From the NCBI RefSeq assembly GCF_009914755.1, contig NC_060927.1: DNA of 64,000 nucleotides; one strand, written 5' to 3'. This document shows, in pieces, positions 1 to 12,578 of the stretch. Source of the stretch: the human T2T-CHM13v2.0 reference genome, Homo sapiens. Both the position numbers and the translations under genes were made by a program. How positions within the stretch are numbered: the first letter of the stretch is position 1; each line of letters begins with the position of its first letter. The notes beneath the pieces were generated by a model, which ran no database searches, had not been told where the DNA came from, and worked only from the letters and a program-made list of their open reading frames with translations.

Positions 1-70
1 CCCTAGGGTGGGGGGAACCACCTCGAAATTGGCAGAGAATTCAAAGATGCACAGACCGGAGGGTTTATGT

Positions 71-115
71 ACACACACACACACACACACGTGTATACAC
101 ACACGCATGCACACA
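71..115 (+). repeat. (AC)n microsatellite
   Basis: (AC)10 followed by an imperfect extension. Confidence 0.9.
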
Positions 116-2844
116 GAATTAAGTATTTCAAAAGATGTTTTTTATATTCCCCATGGCAAAGGAGCAAAATTAAAATGCTTCTCACCACAGAAACTGACCT
201 GGCATTTCTTTCCCTTAATCCTTTCAATACCAAATTACTCCTTACCTTTAAAACCTTTACAGGAAGTAGTGATCTTTGTGGCAGGAAGACAAATAAACGA
301 GAAGGGATGTCTAAAACTCTATCACAATTATCTATGAGAATGCTCGTTCAGTGCACTACTTTTACTTTTCAAAGCACATGCATACAATGACAACTCACTT
401 TCGAGACCATGTTTACTTTGCTGAAAGCCACATTCTAAACATGGGCTCGCTTGCAGAAGGGAAGCAGCTTACAATTCAACCTTGTTTATGCTCCAAGTAG
501 GTTTGACAGAAAAACCACATAAATTTGTTTTAAAATAATTTCCATTTGCTGGAAGCTGTTCCTGAAAGGTTCTCAGCCACGCTAATCTGCGCTGATTCCT
601 ACCAGCTGTAGGTACCAGGCACCCTGGCCACAGACCGGGCAGCCTGGGCACAGGCAGGCTGGCTCTGCAGAAGGCTGCAGCAGTACAGGATCAACAGAGC
701 CACTGCAACAGTCCCCTCCGCAACACGCGTCCACATCTGTTTAAGAAGAACCCAAAGATGTCCTGGTTCAGAGTCAAAACATGTGACATGCCTGTTGAGA
801 GCACAGTTTTCTATGCAATTACACCTGTGCTCTCTCAGAAACACAGCTTCCCTAGTACCAAAGAGATGTACTGTGCTCAAGCCCAAAGACCACAGTGGAG
901 GACAGCAGATGATGTACTGGGCTGAGCATCAACAAAGGAAGGAAACTGAAAAAGGAAATATCTGGGAGTATCCTGTGTAAAGTCTTCAGCCTCAACATCC
1001 AAAGAAATGCAGATTAAAATAATCTGAGGCAATTTCCATCCATTAAACTGGTACATGATTACAGAAATAAACAGCATTTAATGTTTGTGAGGGTGTGGGA
1101 CAAGCACAAGTTCACATGTAAGTTGGCAGCCTCTTTCTCAGAGGCAGTGGTACCGAAAATATTAAGAATCTGCATATCCAGCGCTATCTGAATTGGGTAA
1201 CTCATCCTAAGGAAATAAATGGCTAAACATTTATGCATAAGGATGTCTATCAAAGCTTAGGAAAAAGCCTAAATGCCCAATATCAGAGAAACTTTACAAG
1301 TTTCATGTAAGTTGTGTAATAATTTATTATACAATAAATATTAAAGCACATTTTAAAAACTGCTTAAAGTCAGGGAAAATATTCAAGATATTGAGTCTTT
1401 AAAACATAACTGAAATAGGTATTCAGCCTCACACATTACTGGAAATTTATACACTATCCAGTGATAATATTTATCACCGAACAATGAAATCAGTTGTTTT
1501 TTCTTTTGTACTTTCTTCTTTATTCAATAAATGCCTAACATTTGTCACCAGAAAATCAAAAGTAATAAAGACATAGTAACTAGGCTAACAGATCAATAGC
1601 ACCCCCTCCAGCACCCCCCGTAAGGCCACCAAGACAGTAATCTGCCTAGACTATTCCAGCTCACTGGGGACAAAAGGCTTCCCTACAGCATCACAGTCCA
1701 AGATCTCGATAGCCATTAAAAGAAACATGTGAGGCTGAGCTCATCAGGGAGAACACAGCTTCCCATTGCCCCTTGCTAGCATGCCTGGGAGACTGCCCAG
1801 AGAGGAGCTCTGCCAGCTGGGTTCGCAGTGCTCTCTCTGCCATGGATGGAGATCCTGCGTGTCTGAGGATGGGGGTGGGGGCCAATGTCTCACATCTGAA
1901 GTCCAAGCTAAAAAGGCCCAGATTTAGAAATGTATCTGCCTGAAGTCTCCTGCCATAGAAGCTTCTATCAATTTACATAGTTACTTGGGCTGGGTCCACA
2001 GAGGGCAGGGTAACCTGTCCTTAGTGTTCTCACAGCTCCCTCTGGTCAAGGAAAGCAGTCTTTCTCTCTGCCAGCAGCAAAGAGGGAGAAAAGCTACCTT
2101 GGCCTGGTCATCCTTTTTGTCAAAGCAGAGGCCTGAGCAAAGTAAGAGCTCAAGCAACCGAAACCAGCTGCCTGGCGAGGGCTCAGCATAAACTGAGCAG
2201 AATAACCACAAGGGGAAGGGTGTCTAGACAGCCTCGGTCTATGGAAGAAGCCACCCTCCCCTGCAGTGTCAACTCTGGAAAAGCAGGCTCCAAAACGCGG
2301 CTCCAGCAAAAGAGCAGATGAGAGACCATGTCAACAGCTGGGAAGGGCACCGCGGGCTCCCTCGCCAAACGCAACACAGAGGAGAGCGCCTGAGCCTGGC
2401 CCACCTGCCAAGGACAGCCACCAGCAATCCAGCAGGGACGAGGCGCCCGAGGACCTCATGTGGGGACAGTTCACATGCACTGCTTTAACTACAAAGCCAC
2501 TTCAGTGACAATTCTTGCATATGGGACTTTTCCAAAATTCAGAGAGACCAAAAAGACCGCCAATTCTAAATGTGGCAGGTAAACAGCCTGTCATCTTTTC
2601 AACTTCGGTTCTATTTGTTTCTTCTTTCTTTCCATTCTTCTAAGTTTCTCAACACTTAAGAGACTTTGGTGGAGGGTGGTGAGGGGTATAGGAAGCTACT
2701 AAACAAGCAAGGTATATTCAGGAAATACACAGATGAAGCCTGGGAGGTCTGAATTATTCTATCTGGCAGAGGTATTTCCACAGGACATACAGGACTCTAC
2801 AGAATGAATGCCACTATCTCTATCTACACTGGTATCTGTCACGA

Positions 2845-3140
2845 GCATTTAATGTGTCACAGGCTTCACACTAGATTCTGGGAATACAATGGTGGATTGG
2901 AAACAAAGCCAGTCACTGCATTCAGGGAGCTTACAGACTAATGGGGTAGTCAGAAACGAATCAAACATTCACACAAAACTTCTATACATAGCACTGCAGA
3001 ATCCTCACGATGGGAATCTAACTTAAAGGGAACGTCAGCCATGGTTTCTATGGGGAGAAACGTTTAAGACAGATGAACAGAAATCTGCAAGGCGAAGAGG
3101 GAAGACCCATTCTCCAGACAGAGGAAATGGTGGGTGAGGG
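2845..3140 (-). mobile_element. L2 LINE fragment
   Basis: ctgggaatacaatggtg...cagggagcttacagacta resembles the reverse complement of the L2 3' end. Confidence 0.55.
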
Positions 3141-3422
3141 ACATGGGACATGGTGGTATTTAAAAAGTCTTTTTAAAAAGCCCCACGTGGTGGCTGGGAC
3201 AGGTGGGGCCAGGTAAGAAGCGCGATGAGGGGCAGGTGGACAGTAACAGCTTTAAACAATGGGATTCATGTGCTCCAATTTGCAACTCTGCAAAGACCCC
3301 TACAGCTGGGGGCAAGGGGTTGCAAACAGATGTGAGTAAAAAGCTCTCTCCTCCCTCTAAAGTCTGCATAACAAAGTGAAATAGTAATGACAAAAAAAAT
3401 TTAAGATAAAATTTATACTACA

Positions 3423-3720
<298 letters not shown>

Positions 3721-4719
3721 GGAAAAATTATCATACAAAATTATTGATAAATTCCACCTTTCTCCTTCCATCTTGCTGCTACATTCCTTTTCTTTTGAAT
3801 GAAGGGTGGGGGCAGTGGGTCACTGGCGGCCACAGCACTCTCCCAGGACTACGTACATCTTACAGAGCCACAAATCCAAGGCATGCCAAAGATTTCAGGC
3901 GGTGCATAAACTCCATCAGCAGGCTAAACTGTTTATATGTTCTTGAGTTAAAAATACACCACTCGGGTCAGCGTTAACACCAGGGCCTTATCACCAAGGC
4001 TGTCTGTGAGCTGGTTACACAAGGCTGGACCATGACTCGCCCATCTTTTAGATGTGTCTCAGTCTGCAAATTATCTAACGATTCATCAGTGAGATGATCA
4101 TAAAGCCAACAAATATACACGCATTTGAGAAAAACACTTTCCAAACCCAAGGATACTTTACTGTTTATAAATAGTTTACTTTTTTTGATCCCCAAGCATA
4201 TAATATTCGCAGTTGCTCCAGAAACCAAAGGAACATGGAACAGGAACACAAACCACAACCTAACAGAAACAATAAACAACAGATGGCAAAACATATGTGC
4301 ATGTTACCACCCCCTTTACCAAACAGGCAAACCAAAAATGGATCTGACACACACGCCTACCAACAAAGAAACACGCTCTTCAAGATCACATTCAAGACAC
4401 CATGTATAGAGCACCAGCTGTACAGCCAGAACTACACTAGGTGCTTCAAGCCACCAAAGACCAATCGGCCTCCAGGAATTCAGAGACGTCAAAGGGAGGC
4501 CAGAAAGAAGGCAGTGCTAGTCTTACCGTATTTTCTTCTAAACATGTACACGCAGGTCTGAATTCTAACTGGCAAGTGCTAGACTCTAAACAAGTCATTC
4601 AACTACTCTGGGCCTCATGTATACAACAGAGACAATATTTTTCATAGAGTTAAGATGGTGATGATCAGTTAACACAGATATATCCTGCTGCAGAAAGGTA
4701 CACTATTATTGCGACAGTT

Positions 4720-4925
4720 ATAATAATAACATTATAGCTACCCTTCCTCAAGCTTCTGCTTGTGTGTTAGGCCCTGTGTTAAATATTTCATTTTTTTCCT
4801 TATAACAAGCTTAAGGAAGTCGGCACTACAATTATCCCCATTTTACAGAAAAGGAAACTGAAGTGGAGTAAATTGCCAAGGTCACCCAGGCAGCCAGGCC
4901 CCAGAGCTGCCTCTTAACCACCGTG
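4720..4925 (-). mobile_element. MIR
   Basis: attatccccattttacagaaaaggaaactga...ttgccaaggtcac MIR core. Confidence 0.75.
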
Positions 4926-6890
4926 CGTCATGAACCGCACAGCTGCTGCATCCCCACAACCATGGCCCCTCATAACCAGATGCCTGGAATGCAGGACTCT
5001 GAGAAGACAAGGACACAACATTATCTTCCCCTGAAGACCCTGAAATACTGCACTGCTCTGGGCTTTTCACTGGTTAGCAAGGCACCTGAACTTAAAGAGC
5101 TCAAGACAAACGCTTAAATTCTGATTCTCAAGTCACAATCGACTCAACTAATGATTCTGAATAGCTGATGTTTATGACTTTTTAAAAATGTCTCAAAACA
5201 AACGAAAAGGGTCACAATAAGTAAGTGTGGCTATCGTATTGTTTTCCATGTATGGACATGTCTATTTTAGGTATCACAGACTCACGTCCAATCACTCTGC
5301 CAATTTCACCTCAATGCTAGTATTTTAAACTCTGACTAGAATTTTCCAACTACACTGTAACTTTACGCTTTTGTGTTTCTTCTACATTTAAAAAGAATGC
5401 CATTTCCCAATATATAACTCCCAGATGTAGAATTCACAGATGATTCATCTCACAGAACAAGTGTTCTGAGACATCAGCTCCAAATAGAGGAAAAACTTGG
5501 AATTCCCTTCGCCCTCAAAGTAAAAACTTGCCTAGATCTGCTTTGCTCAACAAAGTTTGCTTTCAATTATATTTCCAAATTCTTCTAACAATAACTCCAC
5601 GGCGTCTGGCACCAACACATCTGATTCTTTGAAGTGGTTCTCAAGCAGAAAGTAGAAAATAAGGAGAAATGGGAAAGGAAGAGAGGACTATCCATAATTT
5701 TTGTTTTAGGTCAAATATTCTCTCTAAAAGTTCTGACATATAAAATCAGACAAACCACAAGCTATGACTTCTCATTGAGGGGCCACACTGCAAGAAGCAA
5801 CAGCAATTGAAGAAAGCCTCTGCATTTAGCCGCTGGCTCCAGAGGGGAAAACAGACCCTCAGCACAAAGAAAATGGCCTTTTACTCCTGATATTTAAATT
5901 CTAAAAACACTCCTATGAAGTCCTCCACACAGGCCAATCAGGAAAAATTACACTTCAGGGGTAAACCTCAGAACCCCTTAGAGAAACAATGAAACTGGGG
6001 GATCCGTTCTGCCCTGAAAGAATGTACCAAGCTCCAAGACAAAGTGGTAAGGCAATAAACAAATAATTATCAAGGGACTCCTAGGTACATGAAATTGAAT
6101 GATCCCTGCTGCTTTCAAGTCTAAGTGGAGAGAAACACACACACACACATACACACATACAGGGATGTGTGAAGAGTTACCTAATCAGATAGACTCAGAG
6201 ATTCCTCCGGGAAAGGACGAGATGTCAACAATAAATTCACCAGAACGAGACCAAGTGAGTAACAGGGAGAGTGTGTGACACTGACACACGAGGCTCGAAG
6301 AAGGGTGGGAACATCATTTGGCCTGTTTTGAGCTCAGAAAGCACAATGGAAAAAGGTCATCTTTGGTTCTTAAAGGGAGAATTTTTTTTGTAAAGTCTAG
6401 TTTTTTGGACACTCTATTCCTAAAGTAGTCCCTAATTGTTGTTAAACTTCTGTCAAGAAGTTCCAGACCACTAACTGTTCCTCCAACTTCATTGCATTTT
6501 AGTTGTATCCCCAAACAAAACTCCAAATTCCAAGAATTTGTTCCGGAAAACAATAATAAAAATAAAAATAAATTTTAAATCCGGAAGTTTCGTTTTATGA
6601 AAATTTACACGATAAAGAATGAGTGGAAGGAAAAGAAAAGCCCAAGAATTTCCACTGAAGGCACTAACAAATTCCACGTCGAAGAAAAGTGGACATCCAG
6701 AACAAAGAAAATAAAAGCTTCTAGATTCTCCATGAAAAGTATTTTAAGGAGTCCAATTACTGTCATAATTTTCAAGATTTTCAAAAACAGTGTAACTAAG
6801 AGGTAACCAATGCAAACCTAGGTAGATGGGTAAATTTAATATGAATTTGGCCAAAAACAGAGTCAGACTTCAAAATTAGAAAAAGCCACA

Positions 6891-7204
<314 letters not shown>

Positions 7205-7770
7205 CTAGGCTGTACATGTTAATTGGCTGAGTTTCTATCTTGAAAGGGATACACGAAAGATCTCCCTGGTAAAAGGGATGGCAAGCTGGCCCAGAAAGAA
7301 CAGGCAGTGCAGTGAGTAGCTGCCCTTCCTGTGGCCATGACTATAGAATGTGACAGGTGGCCCATCCAGTCCTTAAAGGCAGTTTCTCAGCATCATTTAC
7401 AACTTCACTTATGGCAAGTATTCACTGAAGGACTGCCTGAGAAAGATGCTGCCTGCAGTGGCCCTGAGAAAGGACCCTTTGGGAAAACATGCCTGTAATT
7501 TATTTTCCTGGTTTTTTTTCTTTAAATTTTTACCTAAGTTCTTAAAATTCTAAATCAAAGATCGAAAGTGGATCTGTACCAGCCTCCACAGTTTTCTTTG
7601 GGCCAGAGGGGAAAAGGAGGTAAAAATGAAGGAAAGCACCACTTTCTTTGTGGAGTATTCACTCCTCCTCAATAATATCTCAAGGCTCACAAAAGGGTCC
7701 CTCATTGAGACTCTGCATGCACATACCCTTTTTTCTCTTTGCTGCTTATGGCATCCATCTGAGAATTTCA

Positions 7771-8065
<295 letters not shown>

Positions 8066-8224
8066 TGTGTGTATGTGTGTGTGTGTGTGTGTGTCTAACA
8101 CACACACAGAGAGAGAGAGAATGTTTAAGTATCCTAGATACAGATCAATTTAATTCTTACCATCCAATGAAATATAAGTTTACTCCCTTTTTGCTTCAAT
8201 TAGAATAGAATCATGAACCTAAAA

Positions 8225-8375
8225 ATGAGGGGTCTTAGAAATTATACATCCCTTTACAGACAGGAAATGAAGTGACTAGCCCAAGGTTATGCTGCCAATC
8301 AGTGGCAGAGCTGGGACGAAACCCCAACGTCTCCTGAGGCCCAGCCATGAGCTAGTTTCCCATTCTACCACATCC
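8225..8375 (-). mobile_element. MIR fragment
   Basis: tttacagacaggaaa...cccaaggtta...agtggcagagctggga. Confidence 0.6.
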
Positions 8376-10174
8376 TCACTTTCATGACTTTAAGAAAATT
8401 AATTTTTTCCTCTCAGGTGAATCATTTTTATGCCTCTTTGGGCAAGCACCCCTTTAAGAAACTCCATGAAAACGTGGTCTCCTTTCTGTCCAGAAAGACA
8501 TTCTGAGCACCACGACTTCACATAAAGTTTCTCCCAAGTAAATAATAAGGTCAGCCAATCTTTATTTTAGGATAGTAATGAAATGAATATAATTTACTCA
8601 TTTCTAAGTATTGTTTCAAATGACCTTGTGAAAGAACCCAAAAATCTCCATAGAAGAGTCTCTGATTTTTCCATTGGGTAAAGCATAGCCCTGGATAAGG
8701 CCAAACCACCCAAAGCAAAGAGTCCTACACAGACTCCAAATCTGAGAAAACAATCAGAGGAATTTGGGATGAGGCAGATCTTAATAACTACAGGGCATGT
8801 CAGCTTGTTTTCTGGATCTCCCCTCCTCCAAGATGGAAGGAAACCCTGCTCCCTTCGAGCTGCAGCCTCTGCATCCATCACTTCATTGCATCAACAATTC
8901 ACTTCCTGGAAGCAACGAGCTCTTCTGACTGTTTATAAGTTTTGCAAGCACTGGGAGCTTGTGTGCCAGAAACTCACACCAGCCCAGGTGGAGGGAGGAA
9001 ACCACAGACACAGAGAAAAATTCTTCTTAATTAAAAATAAAACGAAAACTAAGACGGAGGCATGATGCTGGGTCAAGGTACCACCACACTGCTAAAACCA
9101 GATGAAAGAATGGTGTTCTCCTAATTTGCAGAACAGCACTTAATTTCATAGAACCTCTCAATACTAAGCTTTTCTGCCCCATAATTTAAAAAAAAAATGC
9201 ATTGGAGCGTGCTTCCACTTTTCTAAACAGAGAACCCACTGTAAATGGTGTATAATCGGTTATCATATAAATTTAATTAAGCTTCACAGATCCACCAGTT
9301 TAACCTGACCATGTTGGACAGCTTTTAAGGCCACCGAACACTCCATAATCTACCTGGAATTTGATTTTCACAGATAGAAGATGGAAGTCATTCCAAAAAC
9401 TAGGATAAAGTGAATGGAATTTGGAGGACTAGTAATTCCCACTCAGATTCCTAAATGAAGCTGCAGCTAGCAAAAAATCCATTCTAAAGAAGCCCCCTCA
9501 CCAACAAAGTACCGGACTGAGGAGAAATTAAACTATGGACTTTTATAAAATAAAACAAACCATTCAGCAGCTACTTGGAGAACACATTTTCAAATCTGTG
9601 TGAAGTTTAAATCAAGCACAGAGGGTTCCAGGAACCTAGTTCTTTGCTTTTTGAAGATTTTTCTTACAGGCTGCCTCTAACTCTATTTAAAGCAGCCTCA
9701 AGTAGCCACAGCTGGAGGGTCAGGCCTTACAAAGTAAACAATAGTTAACTCAATTCAGACTCATGACTTAACTACAACCAACGGCTAATTATCCCTCTAC
9801 TAAACAACAGTATCTGAGACATCACTTTTTAAATGATCTATTCCATTTCTAATTATGTTTGTTCACTAATGGATTTTAATCAACAATTAATAGCTTGGTA
9901 GAAACCTCCCAAGTAAGAGCTATGTGGAGAAAGTGGAAGGTTAATCAGAATTGCACATTCTGGCAGAGGACTAGCACAAAAGAGCTTGCTAAACACCTCC
10001 TACAAAAGAAAAAAAATCTGTATTTTGAGAACATATAAACTAGGGTGCACACAGAATGTGCCCAATAAACATTCTGTAAATATATAGCTTACCAAAACGC
10101 CCTTTGGAAAAACACAGTTAAAATGAATGTCAATTTTTTCAAAACTTCCAATTTCTTAAAACCACCCTACAGTA

Positions 10175-10440
10175 AATAGTATGGTATATAAATTATATCT
10201 CAATAAAGCTGTTAACTTAAAAAAAACCTATACATTTGCAGATAAAATGATATGCCTTTGATTTATTTCCAAAGAAAAAATAAATAAATAACATGGAAGG
10301 GCAGCAGCATATTGGGAAATAGATCAAATAAGACAGCTGATGATTGTTGAAGATGGGTGACAGATACCTAGAGTTCATTACATTATTCTGTCCACTTGTG
10401 TAGATATTTACCTTTCTCCATATTCAAAAGGTAAGAAAAA
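10175..10440 (+). mobile_element. Old L1M 3' fragments
   Basis: tatatctcaataaagctgtt and gttgaagatgggtgacagata...gttcattacattattctg resemble L1M 3' UTRs. Confidence 0.6.
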
Positions 10441-12187
10441 ACACTCCAGAGCAACAGAAGTGAGTTAGTTTATTTAAACTACCTGCCTGCATATCAACTG
10501 TTCCCTTAATTCAAAATTTTTTCTAAAAGCTATGTATTTCAGATCATCTCTCAAGAAAAAGAAGCTGTACCTGCAACAGCTTACTTTCTAATCAGTTGTA
10601 AGTTTTCTCTAAGCAGAGCCCAGCTTGTTAATTTCTTGTTATCCAGCCCAAAGTGCTAATGCTTGAGAGACAAATGCTTTCAAACAAAAGAGCACTGGAA
10701 CTACAAGATTTGAAACAACAGCAAGATTATCTATCCTCCAGTTCAGAAGTGTTCAATCCTTCTCATTGCATTTAACAGGCTATCATCAAGTAGGTAATCC
10801 GGAAGAAAAGAAGTTCAGTGCAATGTATGCTTTGACCAAGATAAGCAGTAAAATATTTCAATGGCAAATTATAAACTGGTGGAAGGAGCAAAACAGGGAG
10901 GGGGAAGCTGTTAAATGCTGCATAAAGGAGTCTTAGAAAATAAAGTTGTGAGTTGTTTTTTTTCTAATCAGCTAAAAAGAAGAAGAAAAACCCTGCATTA
11001 CGTTCATCGTGTTTCTCAAAGTCCAGCTAATTCTGCTTGTAAGAGAGACCTTCACTCATTTCCTTCATTTTCTTCCCAATAATGTGAGATCTTGAGAATG
11101 CAGATCATAAAAGATAAGAGATTAGAACTTTTGACCACAAAAGTTCAAAAACTAATCAACGCAAAACACTTAAAAAGAGGCCATGCTTTCTTTAAACCCT
11201 CTAAATGTCACCTTTTGCCAAAACAAACTGAACAAGCAGTAATTAGAACCTGCATCCTGGTTCATAAGGAAACCAAAATGTATTAGGACTTGCAGAAATG
11301 AACAGATTGGTTGTTCACACAATGGGCCTTACCGGTTATGCTAGATTAAATAGTAATAAAGACGAAAACAATCGTGGCCGTTCACGTGGGCAAGGCTGTG
11401 AATCATGGCCATTCACTGGGGAAGGAACTCAGGTACAGGTGCACAAGGAGTGATAGCAAACAGTAAACAGCTTTTCAGGTGGCATCCTTGCCAGATTCCT
11501 CAAATGACCCTGTGTTCCCCGCCTGTGTCCCCTACAAAGTTACTATGCAATTCCAAACAGACCAAAACAAATGAAAAATGTTCTTTGCATACAACTCCAC
11601 AATTGTCTCCTGTCCTCCCTCCTCCCTCCTCCCTCAAGGTTTTCCAAAGAGAATCGGGTACAGTGAGGATTCAGTTAGCCCTAAAGTCTGTAACTTAACT
11701 CTGTTTGGAAGAGCACACCTGCATTTTTCCAAGCTATTGACTGAGAGGTGCTACTTGCACCTTGGTAGGGCTCAGTTTCAATGAAACCCTGGGAAATAAT
11801 AGGATAAAATGGTTAGTTTAAGGGCCTCTCACTTCCCTGCCACCTTCCCATACCTGCCTCCCTTCCAAAAGGATAGTGGTAAACAGACATAACTATTTGT
11901 ACAACTGGAATAGATTTATAAAATACCTCAATAATTTTTGCTAATTATATAATCTGTTGCAACTGTTCATAGCTTCCTGCCTGTTTGGCTAAGATTTCCA
12001 AGGGTACATGAGGTTCACTTGTGGCACTTCATACATATCACCAAAAATCCATGGGAGAAGGCCGCTTCATACATATCACCAAAACTCACAGGAGAAGGCT
12101 GCCATCTTCCCATTCCAAAAGACTCCTTCACAGCAGAAAGGTAAACATTTCCCAGGAAAGCCTCTGTCACCAGCAATCTGGCTTGGA

Positions 12188-12578
12188 AGCTGGGTGTGGT
12201 AGCATGAGCCTTCTAGTCTCAGCTACTCAGGCAACTGAGATGGGAGGACTGCTTGAGCCCACGAGGCTGAGGCTGCAGTGAGTCTTGATTGCACCACTGC
12301 ACTCCAGCGTGGGCAACAGAGTGAAACCCTGTCGAAAGAAAGAAAAGAAAGAAAGAAAGGAAAGAAAGAAAAAAAAGAAAGAGAGAGAGAAAGAGAAAGA
12401 AAGGAAGAAAGACGAAGGGAGGGAGGGAGGGAAAGAAGGAAAAAAAGAAAGAAGGGAGGAGAGAAAGAAAAAAGAAAAAGAAAACAGAGAAAGAAAGAAA
12501 GAAAAAGAAAAGAAAGAGAAAAAGAGAAAGAGGGAAGGGAAGGGAGTGGGGGAGGGAAGGGGAAGGGAAGAAGGAAGG
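12188..12578 (+). mobile_element. Alu right-monomer (FRAM-like) with ~245-bp GA-rich tail
   Basis: Monomer 12188-12334, polypurine tract 12335-12578, 13-bp TSD AATCTGGCTTGGA at 12175-12187 and 12579-12591. Confidence 0.9.

Noticed and set aside
5454-5467. AGAACA-AG-TGTTCT palindrome in intron 1
   Set aside because: The spacer is 2 nt, not the 3 nt needed for steroid-receptor dimer binding
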